This document shows positions 1-10,682 of a DNA stretch of 64,000 nt, one piece after another. Numbering within the stretch: the stretch's first letter is position 1; the number at the start of each line of letters is the position of its first letter. Location of the stretch: assembly GCA_963798085.1 (NCBI GenBank), contig CAWCRS010000003.1:352001-416000 (forward strand). The letters run 5' to 3'. The notes under the pieces were generated by a model that saw only the letters and a program-made list of their open reading frames with translations, made no database searches and was not told the origin of the DNA. Position numbers and translations under genes: made by a program. The DNA comes from an uncultured Gemmatimonadales bacterium (GTDB lineage Bacteria > Gemmatimonadota > Gemmatimonadetes > Longimicrobiales > RSA9).

Positions 1-2339
1 CAGGCGCGGCGCCCGCCACGCGCACCGGTCTGCGCCTGCTGACACCGGAGTACGCAAGTCCGGAGCAGGCTGAGGGTGCGCCCGCGACCACTGCTAACGA
101 CGTGTATGCGCTGGGTGTGGTGCTGTACGAGCTGCTGACCGGGCGGCGTCCGCTTTCGTTTGCGGGGCTGTCGGCGGCGGCGGCCGAGCGCGTGCTGCTC
201 TGGCGCGAGCCGCCTCGCCCGGGTTCGCTGTTCGAGCCAACACGCGCGCACGGTGGCGGCGCGAGTGACGCGCCGGCGGCAGCCGACGTGGCCGGGCTGC
301 GCCGGGCGACGGCGCAGCGGCTGGCGAGGCGGCTGAGCGGCGACATCGATCGCATTGTCCTGATGGCGCTGCGCAAGGAGCCGGAGCGGCGCTACGCTTC
401 GGCGGAACAGCTGGCGGAGGACATCGAGCGGCATCTCGCGGGCAGACCGGTGCTGGCGCGCGGCGCATCGGCGCGCTACCGCACGTGGAAGTTCGTGGCA
501 CGGCATCGCTGGGGCGTGGCGGCCGCGGCGCTGCTGCTGTGCACGCTCTGTGGCGGAATCGTGGCTACGCTGTGGCAGGCGGGCCGGGCTTCGCGCGCGG
601 CCGCGCTGGCCTCGGCCCAGCGCGAGCGGGCTGAACAGGAAGCAGGCAACGCCCGGCGCGCGGCCGCCATGGTGATGGATCTCTTCAGGCTGTCGGATCC
701 GAACCAGACGCTGGGCGACACGATCACAGCGCGTGAGGTACTGGATCGCGGGACGGAACGTGTGCTGCGCGAATTCGGTGATCAGCCCGAGCTGCAGGCG
801 GGTTTGCTGGGAGAGACGGCGCGCATATACGCGAACCTCGGCCTGCTGACGCGCGCGGAATCGCTGGTGCGGCGATCGCTGGCACTGCGGGAACAGAAGT
901 TCGGCGAGAACAGCATGCCCGTATCGGAAAGTCTGGCGCAGCTGGGTCAGCTGCTGTCCAGTGCGGGGCAGCGCACCGAGGCGATCGCTGCGTTCCGGCG
1001 AGGCATCGCCATCCGCGACACGACAACGGCGCCGGACTCGCTGCTGGCTAACATGCAGATGGGCCTGGGTTGGGAGGTGCGTGCGCAGGGCGACTACGAA
1101 GAAGCCGGTGCCCTGTTCCAGCGGGCCGTTGCCACCGAGCAGCGACTCTTCGGCGATTCCTCGGCGCAGGCAGCCGCGGCCATGCTCGGCCTCGCCTCGA
1201 CGGAGCACGATCGCGGTCGCTTCGACGACGCGGAGGCAATGTTCGGTCGGGCACTCGCCGGCCACCCTGCGGATCTGGAGACGCCGCACCCCATGGCGGC
1301 AACCGCGCTGCTCAACATTGGCATGATCCGTCGCATCCGCGAGCAGTACGCGCAGGCCGAGCCGCTGGTGGCCACGTCGCTGGCCATGCGGGAGAAGCTC
1401 TACGAGCCCACACACCCGCAGGTGCTGGAAGCAGTGGCGGAGTACGCATTGCTGCAGCAGCTGCTCGGTCGTTATCGCGAGGCGGTGGATCTGCTGCGGC
1501 CGGCGCTGGAGCGTGCGCAGCAGACGCTGGGGCCATTGCACCCGGTGGTGGGGACACTGCGCGACGCACTCGGTCTTACACTGGAGGAAACGGGCCGCTA
1601 CGGCGAGGCGCTGGCGCAGTTCGACACCCTGATCGCGGGCAAGAGGGCATTGTTCCCCGGCGATCATCCGCAGACCGAGTTCGCGCTGGTGCACTCGGCG
1701 GAGCCGCTGCTCGAGCTGGGCCGGACACAGGAGGCGGAGCGTCGCCTGCGCGAGGCGGAGGCCATGGGCAACCGCATGTCCGGCGAGAACCGTGTTTACC
1801 GGGTGTTAGAGATATCCGGCCGGGCGCGCGCCGCCCGCGAGCGGCGCCAGCTCGCCTTGTCGGACTCGCTGTTCCGCACGGCGCTGGCGCTCGCCTCGCC
1901 GTTGCTGCGTCCGGATCACCGCTACGTGCTGGCGCTGCGCCGCGAATACGCGGCACTCCAGATCGAACGCGGACAGGCACGCGCCGCGATCCCGGCACTT
2001 GATTCGGTGCTCGCACTGCAGCGCGCACATCTGCCTGATCCGCACCCGCTCCCCGGCCGCACGCTGCGACTGCTGGGCAGTGCGTGGCTGGAAGCGGGCG
2101 AACCGGCGCGCGCCGAGACGCTGCTGCGCCAGGCGCTGGTACAGCTGAAGCCACTGCCCGCCGGTCACTGGCTCAACGGCGACACCCGCAGTCTTCTGGG
2201 CGCGGCACTGCGCGCGCAGGGACGTACCGCCGAGGCAGGGCCACTGCTGCAGGAAGGCGCGCGCATTGTGCGTGCGCATCTGGGATCCGCCGCAGCGCGC
2301 ACGCAGCGCGCCGAAGCCCGCCTGATCGACAATCACTGA
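1..2339 (+). CDS. Ser/Thr protein kinase with TM segment and C-terminal TPR repeats (5' end outside window)
   Basis: Frame open from the window edge: LLTPEYASPEQ...DVYALGVVLYELLTG kinase motifs, ALRKEPERRYAS, a TM helix, then many TPR-like repeats (LGPLHP, LFPGDHP). Confidence 0.92.
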   Translation, partial: GAAPATRTGLRLLTPEYASPEQAEGAPATTANDVYALGVVLYELLTGRRPLSFAGLSAAAAERVLLWREPPRPGSLFEPTRAHGGGASDAPAAADVAGLRRATAQRLARRLSGDIDRIVLMALRKEPERRYASAEQLAEDIERHLAGRPVLARGASARYRTWKFVARHRWGVAAAALLLCTLCGGIVATLWQAGRASRAAALASAQRERAEQEAGNARRAAAMVMDLFRLSDPNQTLGDTITAREVLDRGTERVLREFGDQPELQAGLLGETARIYANLGLLTRAESLVRRSLALREQKFGENSMPVSESLAQLGQLLSSAGQRTEAIAAFRRGIAIRDTTTAPDSLLANMQMGLGWEVRAQGDYEEAGALFQRAVATEQRLFGDSSAQAAAAMLGLASTEHDRGRFDDAEAMFGRALAGHPADLETPHPMAATALLNIGMIRRIREQYAQAEPLVATSLAMREKLYEPTHPQVLEAVAEYALLQQLLGRYREAVDLLRPALERAQQTLGPLHPVVGTLRDALGLTLEETGRYGEALAQFDTLIAGKRALFPGDHPQTEFALVHSAEPLLELGRTQEAERRLREAEAMGNRMSGENRVYRVLEISGRARAARERRQLALSDSLFRTALALASPLLRPDHRYVLALRREYAALQIERGQARAAIPALDSVLALQRAHLPDPHPLPGRTLRLLGSAWLEAGEPARAETLLRQALVQLKPLPAGHWLNGDTRSLLGAALRAQGRTAEAGPLLQEGARIVRAHLGSAAARTQRAEARLIDNH

Positions 2340-2490
2340 CGCGACAACCTGCACGGCGCATGCGTGCGCCGTGCACTCGCCGGCCATTCCGGAATTGCAC
2401 GGCATCATCGCGCCAATGTCCGTTTCAGAGCGCGAACCTCGCTTCCGCAGGATGAGCAGCACGACAGCAACAAGCCGGTGGAGACTCATC

Positions 2491-3900
2491 ATGGCACCGT
2501 GGAAACCGGATGCCACGTTCTACGCCTCACCCGGGCTGGCGATGGAAGCGCCGCCCGAGACGCTGGCATACGTGGCGTTACTGAATCCGACAGGCAGGGG
2601 CACGCGTGATGCGATCGGCGTGGTCAATGTCGATCCGGCATCAAAGGCGTACGGCCGGCTGGTGGGGCAGGTGGAGCTGCCGGATGCCGACAACGAGCTG
2701 CACCATTTCGGCTGGAACGCGTGCAGCTCGCATCTCTGTCCATACGCGCCGCACGCCCACGTCGAACGACGCTATCTGGTGGTGCCGGGCACGGGCAGCT
2801 CGCGCATTCACGTGATCGACACGAAGCCGAACCCGCGACAGCCCGAGCTGGTGAAGGTGATCGACGCCGGGACGGTCACGCGGCGCACGGGCTACACGGC
2901 GCCCCACACCGTGCATTGCGGGCCGGATGGCATCTACCTCAATGCACTGGGCGCGCGCGACGGCAACGGACCGGGCGGCGTGTTCATGCTGGATCATCGC
3001 ACGTTCAATGTGAAAGGCGCGTGGGAAGTGGAGCGCGGGCCACAGTATCTGGCGTACGACTTCTGGTGGCACCTCGGTCACGACACAATGATCACCAGTG
3101 AGTGGGGCACGCCTAACATGGTGTCAGAAGGCGTGAACCCGGAGCTGCTGCTGGCCGGCAGGTACGGCCACGCACTGCACGTGTGGGACCTGCAGACGCG
3201 GCGGCACCGCCAGACGCTGGACCTGGGTGCGCAGTACCAGATGGTGCTGGAGCTTCGACCCGCGCACAATCCCCGCCGGACGTACGGCTTCGCAGGCGTG
3301 GTGCTCTCGCTCCAGGATCTCTCCTCTTCCATCTGGATGTGGTACCGGCAGGGCGGCAACGGCACGAGTGAGTGGAAACTGCGCAAGGTGATCGACATTT
3401 CCGCGCAGCCGGCCGCTGCGGCGGACCTGCCGCCGTTGCTGCGGGGCTTCATGGCGGTGCCGCCGCTGGTCACGGACATCAACCTCTCGCTCGATGATCG
3501 CCTGCTGTACGTGTCGTGCTGGGGCACGGGCGAGCTGCGGCAGTACAATGTATCGGACCCGTTCCAGCCGAAGCTGCTGGCCACGCAGCGCATCGGCGGC
3601 ATCGTGCAGCGCACGCCGCACCCGTCGCAGCCGGGCCGTGCGCTGAACGGCGGGCCGCAGATGGTGGAGATCAGTCGTGATGGGCGGCGCGTCTACCTCA
3701 GCAACTCGCTCTACTCCCCATGGGACGCGCAGTTCTATCCGGACGGCATTCGCGGCTGGATCGCCAAACTCGATGTTAAGGTGGACGGCGGCATGGCGTT
3801 CGATGCGCGTTTCCTGCTGGAGACGGAAGGCGGACTGCGGCCGCACCAGGTGAAGCTCGAGGGCGGGGACGCGTCCTCCGATTCGTTCTGCTTCGCATGA
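2491..3900 (+). CDS. Selenium-binding protein SBP56 / SELENBP1-like (methanethiol oxidase family), no signal peptide
   Basis: Motifs DNELHHFGWNACSS, PHTVHCGP, YDFWW, SEWGTP, GGPQMVEISRDGRR, GGDASSDSFC. ATG at 2491 after GGAG. Confidence 0.9.
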   Translation: MAPWKPDATFYASPGLAMEAPPETLAYVALLNPTGRGTRDAIGVVNVDPASKAYGRLVGQVELPDADNELHHFGWNACSSHLCPYAPHAHVERRYLVVPGTGSSRIHVIDTKPNPRQPELVKVIDAGTVTRRTGYTAPHTVHCGPDGIYLNALGARDGNGPGGVFMLDHRTFNVKGAWEVERGPQYLAYDFWWHLGHDTMITSEWGTPNMVSEGVNPELLLAGRYGHALHVWDLQTRRHRQTLDLGAQYQMVLELRPAHNPRRTYGFAGVVLSLQDLSSSIWMWYRQGGNGTSEWKLRKVIDISAQPAAAADLPPLLRGFMAVPPLVTDINLSLDDRLLYVSCWGTGELRQYNVSDPFQPKLLATQRIGGIVQRTPHPSQPGRALNGGPQMVEISRDGRRVYLSNSLYSPWDAQFYPDGIRGWIAKLDVKVDGGMAFDARFLLETEGGLRPHQVKLEGGDASSDSFCFA

Positions 3901-4730
3901 GCACGGCGGCAACGTGGCCCCTGGGGATGATGCTGCTGCTCGGTGCCTGGCACGGCATCAATCCGGGCATGGGCTGGCTGTTCGCCGTCGCGCTCGGTCT
4001 TCAGGAGCAGGAGCGGCGCGCGGTGTGGCGTACGCTCCTGCCGCTGGCGGCCGGGCATGCGCTGGCGATCGCGCTGACCCTCTGCCTCATGCTGGTGCTG
4101 GGCACGATCGTGCCGCAGCGCGTCCTGCGCCTGGCGCTGGCACTGGTGCTCGTGGGGTTCGGCTTGCGGCGCCTGACGCAGGGCAAACACCTGCGTTATG
4201 GCGGCATGTGCATGAATCTGCGACAGCTCACGCTGTGGTCCTTTCTCATGGCGAGTGCCCATGGCGCGGGGCTGATGGTGCTGCCCTTCGCCATGCATTC
4301 CGCAACCCGGAAGACTGCCGCCCCTTCGCCTCCCGGCGTGGCAGCGGTCGGCACGAGCGGGATTGCCGCCGCGCATCCCGGACGCGCGCGACACGCCGCG
4401 CACGTGTCGCCGGACAATCCTGCGCCGGCAGCGCAAAATGGTGTTAACGGCTCCGGGGCGCTGGAGGTGCGCGAACTGCGCACGCCGGTTCCTGGCGGGG
4501 CCGGGCACGGGACGCATCTCGCCCGACCGGGCGGTGACGCCGGCGCCGGCAGCACAGGCACGCTGGTGCTGCTGCTGCATACACTCGGTTACCTGGCGGC
4601 GACGGGAGTGATCGCGACAGTGGTTTACGAGAGGCTGGGACTGCGGCGGCTGCGCGCGCTGTGGCTGAACCTCGACCTGGTCTGGGGCGGCGCGCTGATC
4701 CTGACGGGCATGGTGACGCTGGCGCTCTGA
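3897..4730 (+). CDS. Integral membrane protein coupled to the SBP56 gene
   Basis: ATGA overlap with the upstream stop; about 6 TM helices with His motifs (WHGINPGMGW, AGHALA, MASAHGAG, LHTLGY) and a long Ala/Gly/His-rich loop. Confidence 0.8.
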   Translation: MSTAATWPLGMMLLLGAWHGINPGMGWLFAVALGLQEQERRAVWRTLLPLAAGHALAIALTLCLMLVLGTIVPQRVLRLALALVLVGFGLRRLTQGKHLRYGGMCMNLRQLTLWSFLMASAHGAGLMVLPFAMHSATRKTAAPSPPGVAAVGTSGIAAAHPGRARHAAHVSPDNPAPAAQNGVNGSGALEVRELRTPVPGGAGHGTHLARPGGDAGAGSTGTLVLLLHTLGYLAATGVIATVVYERLGLRRLRALWLNLDLVWGGALILTGMVTLAL

Positions 4731-4743
4731 GCGTTTGGGCGCA

Positions 4744-5226
4744 TCAGTGCGGCCGGCCGCCTAACAGGGGCACGGGGTCGGCACTGTGGCCCCAGCGCTG
4801 GATCTCGAAGTGCAGGTGCGGGCCGATGGCATTGCCGGTGTGACCGGAGCGGCCGATCAGTTGACGGCCATCCACGTGCTGGCCCGCGGTCACGTCAATG
4901 TGCGAGAGGTGCGCGTACAGTGTGCGCGTGTGGCCGCCGTGGTCGATGACGACAGTCAGACCGTAGTCGCCGAATGCGCCCGCCTGTACGACGGTACCGG
5001 CTTTCATGGCGGCAACGGGAGTGCCGTCGGGAACGCTGATGTCCACGCCGCGGTGGATCTCGGGCAGAAGTCCGCGCAGCCGGAGGCCCCACGCGGAGGT
5101 GAGCGGACCCTGCACGGGCCAGCGGGGAATGGCGCAGCCGCCGGCCAGCACGACGGCGATGACCAGCCCTGCGATGCGAATCGCGCAGCGTGACGGGAAT
5201 GGAATGGGCGACGTCGCCTGCTCCAT
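4744..5226 (-). CDS. M23 family metallopeptidase, probable lipoprotein
   Basis: HRGVD, YAHL and GPHLHFE zinc motifs; hydrophobic N-terminus ending LAGGC. Confidence 0.88.
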   Translation of the reverse strand: MEQATSPIPFPSRCAIRIAGLVIAVVLAGGCAIPRWPVQGPLTSAWGLRLRGLLPEIHRGVDISVPDGTPVAAMKAGTVVQAGAFGDYGLTVVIDHGGHTRTLYAHLSHIDVTAGQHVDGRQLIGRSGHTGNAIGPHLHFEIQRWGHSADPVPLLGGRPH

Positions 5227-5443
5227 GATGCGTTTCTTTCCGAGAGTCCGCGCCATCAGCCTCCGTGTACGTGCGAACTGCGCATGCCGCAGCCGGTTGC
5301 GTGGGTTCTGCGGCGGGAATAGGTTCGGGTGTACACGTGTGGGACGGCGTCGAGCCGTGCGCTCAGGACGGCGTGGCGGAGCGGCGAGGTGGCAGGGCGG
5401 CCCGACGCCCGCGTGTGGTGACCGACGCATCCGCAGGAGATCC

Positions 5444-7128
5444 ATGCCCGAACAGACCCGTCGTCGCGGCAAGGGGCAGCGCCTGCGTCCCGCGCCCAAG
5501 GGCCGGAGCGTGGATCCGCAGGCGCATGCCACCGTGCTGCAGCTCCTTGGAGACGAGCCGCGCCGGCCGGATCTGCTGATCGAGCATCTGCACCGCCTGC
5601 AGGACGCGTTCGGTCAGCTCGGCACCGCGCACCTCACGGCGCTGGCGTTCGAGATGAACATGACGCCAGCCGAAGTCTTCGAGGTCGCGAGCTTCTATCA
5701 TCATTTCGACATCGTCCGTGATGGACAGGACGCGCCGGCGCGCGTGACCGTGCGCGTGTGCGAGTCCGTGTCGTGTCATATGGCCGGCGCCGATGCACTG
5801 CTCGAGACACTGCGCGGACTGGGCCTGACCGACACGCGAGTACTGCCGGCGCCGTGTGTGGGCCGCTGCGACCGGGCGCCGGTCGCCGTGGTCGGGCGCA
5901 ATCCCATCGATCGGGCGACCGCGGCAGCCGTAGAACAGGCAGTTAGCGCCGGCCGGACCGAGCCGGCCCTGCCCGACGCGATTCCGTATGCACAGTATCG
6001 GTGGGAGGGCGGGTACACCGATGCTCGCCGACTGCGTGAACGGGAAGACCAGCGTCGACGACTGGTCGTCGGAGCTGGAGGCGTCCGGGCTGCGCGGTCT
6101 GGGTGGCGCGGGTTTTCCGACGTTCCGCAAGTTCGGTTTCGTGCGTGCGCAGCCTCGAACCGCGCGTGCTGGCGGTGAACGCGGATGAGGGTGAGCCGGG
6201 CACGTTCAAGGACCGGCACTGTCTGGAGACCGATCCGCACCGCGTGCTGGAGGGCATGCTGCTCGCCGCGTGGGCGGTGCAAGCCGACGACATGTATTTC
6301 TACCTGCGCGACGAATACGCAGCGATCCGGGCACTGCTGACAATCGAGTTAGCGGCGCTCGAGTGCGGACCCGCCCGTGCGCTGCCGCGCATCCACCTGC
6401 GACGCGGCGCGGGCGCGTACATCTGCGGCGAAGAGAGCGTCGCTGATCGAATCGATCGAGGGCAAACGCGGCGAGCCGCGGCTGCGCCCGCCCTTTCCCG
6501 CCGAGTTCGGCGTCTTCGAGCCAACCCACGCTGGTGGACAATGTCGAGACGCTGTACTGGTGGCGCGAGATCATGGAGAGTGGCGGAGCGGCGTTCGCTG
6601 CCAGAGGCGCGGCGGGGGACAAGGGCGTGCGCTACTGGTCGGTCAGCGGGCGGGTGGGCGAGCCGGGCGTGTATCTCGCACCGAACGGGGTGAGCGTGCG
6701 CCAGCTGATCGATGAGCATGCGGGCGGCATGGTGGAGGGGCACGCGCTGTACGGCTTCCTGCCCGGCGGCGCGTCGGGCGGGATCCTGCCGGCGAGTCTG
6801 GCGGACGAGCCGCTGGACTTCAATGTGCTGGCGGTGCACGGGTCGTTCGTCGGTTCGGCGGCGGTGGTGGTACTGTCGCAGCAGGACCGCGCGACCGATG
6901 CGGCGCGGAATCTCATGCACTTCTTCGCCCATGAATCGTGCGGCAAGTGCACGCCCTGCCGGGTGGGCACGGCCAAGTCGGAGCAGCCTGATGTCGGAGA
7001 AGCGGTGGAACCTGCCGCTGCTGGCGGAGTTGTCCCAGTGCATGGCGGACGCTTCGATCTGCGGGCTGGGCCAGGCGGCGCCGAATCCGATGAAGAGCGT
7101 GGTCCGGTTTTTCGGGAGTGAGCTGTGA
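5444..7128 (+). CDS. NAD-dependent formate dehydrogenase beta subunit (NuoE-NuoF fusion, Fdh1B-like); 5 apparent frameshifts
   Basis: AGGAG RBS. Successive frames give DLLIEHLH, VCESVSC, PCVGRCD, GLRGLGGAGFP, NADEGEPGTFKD, GAGAYICGEES, HESCGKCTPCR and ASICGLGQAA. Each frame change is +1. Confidence 0.85.
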
Positions 7129-7368
7129 CCGGACCGTCTTGGCGTTCTTGGGTTTGGCCCAGGACAGCAACATCGTGGGGTCGCCAGCGGAGCCGCGGGG
7201 CGACCGCCGTCTGTCGCGCGACCCCTCTGATCATGGAGCTGCCCCATTCGCGAGGGTATCATGCGCGAGCCAGGCAGGTCGGGGCTGGAATCCTGGCTGG
7301 TGGCATAGTCGATGGAGCCACCGGCATGGGTAGACTCGCCAGAAGGAAAGAATGCCAAGACGGTCCGG
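7129..7368. repeat. Family A inverted-end element (240 bp variant)
   Basis: CCGGACCGTCTTGGCGTTCTT ... AAGAATGCCAAGACGGTCCGG. Confidence 0.85.
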
Positions 7369-7369
7369 A

Positions 7370-10300
7370 ATGAGTGAGACCAGCGGATTCTCCGCGTTTG
7401 CTCCGCCCGTGGCGCAAAGCTGGGGTGGGTCGGTGCACGGCCGGCCGATTCCCGGCGTGCAAATGCCGCGCAACAGCGAGGCGGTGAGCTTCCTGCTCGA
7501 TGGCCAGCCGATCACGGCCGAGCCGGGCGAGACCATCCTGCAAGCGGCGCAGCGTCATGGCATCGAGATCCCGCATCTCTGCTTCATGGCGGGCATGCGC
7601 GCGGACGGCAACTGCCGTGCGTGCGTGGTCGAGGTCGCGGGCGAGCGCGTGCTCGCGCCGTCCTGCTGCCGCGCGCCGCGCGAGGGCATGAAGGTCGCCG
7701 CGCAGAGCGACCGTGCCCGCGCCGCGCAACGCATGGTTATCGAGCTGCTGCTCGCCGACGCGCCGTCACCTGCCGCGCGCGCGGACTCCGAGTTGACGCA
7801 GTGGGCGGACACGTTGGGTGTAACGGGCGCGCGCTTCGCTGCACGTCACCAGCCCGCACCCGATTTCTCCCACCCCGCGATCGAAGTGCGCCTGTCCGCG
7901 TGCATCCAGTGCACGCGCTGCGTGCGCGCCTGCCGCGAAGTCCAGGTCAACGACGTCATCGGGTACGCCGGCCGTGGCGCCGAAGCGCGCATCGTTTTCG
8001 ATCTCGAAGACCCGATGGGCGAGTCGTCGTGCGTCGGCCTGCGGCGAGTGCGTGCAGGCCTGCCCCACGGGCGCGTTGCTGCCTGCATTGTCGAAGCATG
8101 TGCGGGACGGCTTGAACGACCTGAATGGCGTTGCCGGGGCTGGGACTCGGGCCGGGACCGGGGTTGGACTGGACGATGGTGTCGGTCATCGTTCGGCTTC
8201 TGCAGTCGGAGCCGGGTTCGGCAGCAGTTCGCGTGGCGGGATTCCAGACGCTGATGGTTCGGGCAACGATGCGGGTCCGGGTTCGATTCGGGAGGGCAGC
8301 CTTCGCAGCGATGGAAGTTCGACGGGCAATGGCGATCGTGCGACGGACGGGAACGCTGCACTCCCCTCGCATGTTCAGGCAGTGCCCGCAGTCGGCAGAA
8401 GCGACGTCGGCCGATCCGCAACCGCATTCGGACCCGCGCAACCGGCCCCAGCAACCAGCGCCAGCAACGCGGCCGAGTCCGTAATCCCCAGCCCCAGCCC
8501 CAGCCCCACCTCGAGCAGCGCCCCGATGGCTCAACCGCAAAAGCGGTGGACTCCCTCTGTCCCTACTGCGGCGTGGGCTGCCAGACGACCTTCCATGTTG
8601 CGTCTAACCATGTGTTAAAGGTGACGGGACGCAACGGGCCGGCCAACTGGGGGCGGCTCTGCGTCAAGGGTCGCTTCGGCTTCGACTACGTGCACCATCC
8701 GCAGCGGCTGCGCGTGCCGCTGGTGCGGCGCGCGGGCGTGGCCAGGGATCCCGAGCACATGGTGGACCCGGGCGACCCGCTGTCGGCATTCCGCGAAGCC
8801 ACATGGGATGAGGCGCTCGATCTGGCCGCTGCCGGTCTGCGCCGTGCGTTCGAGCGCGGCGGGCCGCCGGCCATGGCGGGCTTCGGCTCGGCCAAGGGCT
8901 CGAACGAGGAAGCGTACCTGTTCCAGAAGCTGATGCGCGCCGGATTCCGGACGAACAACGTCGACCACTGTACGCGACTGTGCCATGCGTCTTCGGTGGC
9001 AGCGCTAATGGAGGGTTTGTCGTCGGGCGCGGTGTCGAACCAGGTGAGCGACGTGCAGTTCGCCGACTGCATCCTGGTGATCGGCGCCAACCCGACGGTG
9101 AACCACCCGGTCGCCGCAACGTTCATGAAGAACGCCATCGAGCGCGGCACGAAACTGATCCTGGCGGATCCTCGCCGCACGGACATGTCGCGGCTGGCGA
9201 CCTTCGCGCTGCAGTTCCGGCCGGACACGGATGTCGCCCTGCTCAATGCGATGATGCACACGATCGTCGAGGAAAGCCTCATCGATCGCGACTTCATTGC
9301 GCGGCGCACGAAGGGCTTCGACGCGCTGCTGCGCGTGCTGCCCGCCTACAGCCCCGATGCCATGCAGCATGTCTGTGGCATTCCCGCCGACACGATCCGC
9401 GCCGCGGCACGGCTGTACGCCACGTCGAAGGCGTCGATGATCTTCTGGGGCATGGGCATCTCGCAGCACGTGCACGGCACCGACAACGCGCGCTGCCTGA
9501 TTGCGCTCGCGCTAATGACGGGTCAGGTCGGCCGGCGAGGCACGGGGCTGCACCCGCTGCGCGGCCAGAACAATGTGCAGGGCGCGTCGGACATGGGCCT
9601 CATTCCCATGGTGTATCCCGACTACCAGGCCGCGGACAGTGACGCCGCGCGCGCCTTCTTCGAGCAGCTCTGGGGTGTGCAGGGTCTCGATCCGAAGAAG
9701 GGGCTGACCGTGGTCGAGATCATGAGGGCCGCAAAGGCGAGGCAGATCCTCGCCATGTACATCATGGGCGAGAACCCGGCCATGTCCGACCCCGATGTGT
9801 CACACGCGCGCGAGGCGCTGGCCGGGCTCGACTGGCTCGTGGTACAGGACCTGTTCCTGACGGAAACGGCGTCGCTTGCTGACGTCGTGTTACCGGCATC
9901 CGCGTTCCCGGAGAAGACGGGCACGTTCACGAACACGGATCGTCGCGTGCAGCTGGGCCGGCAGGCGCTGGAGCCGCCCGGACAGGCGAAGCAGGATCTC
10001 TGGATCATCCAGGAGATCGCGCGGCGGGTGGGCCTGGACTGGAGCTACGCCGACGCATCCGACGTGTGGACCGAAATCCGCAAGGCAGTGCCCAGCTGCG
10101 GCGGCATCACGTGGGAGCGGCTGGAGCGGGAGGGCTCTGTCACGTACCCGTGTCGCAACGAAGGCGACCCCGGCGAGGAAGTGATTTTCGCGGAGGACTT
10201 CCCCACGCCGGATGGGCTGGCTCGCTTCGTCCCGGCCGAGTACGGTCACGCGGAAGGCGATGAGCATCCGGACGACGAGTATCCGTTCGTGCTGATCACG

Positions 10301-10682
10301 GGCCGGGTACTCGAGCACTGGCACACGGGCGCAATGACACGGCGGGCCAGCGTCCTGGACGCGCTCGAGCCGGTCGCGGCGGTGAGCGTGCACCCAGCGG
10401 ATCTTGCGGAGCTGGGCGCTCACGCCGGTGACAGCATTCGCACTGGAGACTCGACGCGGCCGGCTCGTCGCACAGGCGAGACCCGACATGCAGGTTCCGC
10501 GCGGCGCCGTCTTCATCCCCTTCTGCTATGTCGAAGCCGCAGCGAATCTGCTTACCAATCCCGCACTCGATCCCTTCGGCAAGATCCCCGAGTTCAAGTA
10601 CTGCGGCGTCCGTGTCGCTCGGGTGAGCGAGAGCATGGAGCAGGCGGGCTACGGCGTGGCGGCAGAGGTTGCCGGGGACTGA
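7370..10682 (+). CDS. fdhF: Formate dehydrogenase alpha subunit (Mo/W-bisPGD, Cys ligand); 3 apparent frameshifts; start may be 7463
   Basis: IPHLC...GNCRACVVE, CIQCTRCVRAC, CGECVQACPTGAL, CPYCGVGC, NNVDHCTRLCHASS, LRGQNNVQG, LITGRVLEHWHTG, KIPEFKYC. Shifts near 8038, 8541 and 10441. Confidence 0.88.

Noticed and set aside
8088..8545. Intein in FDH alpha
   Set aside because: No recognisable splicing block, no His-Asn C-terminus and no endonuclease motifs; low-complexity composition.
8960..8995. Selenocysteine FDH (suggested by the nearby selenium-binding protein)
   Set aside because: The active-site codon is TGC (RLCHA); there is no in-frame TGA.
5444..10682. FDH pseudogenes or programmed frameshifting
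   Set aside because: All motifs are intact, there are no nonsense codons or shared slippery site, and the same +1 bias affects unrelated genes.
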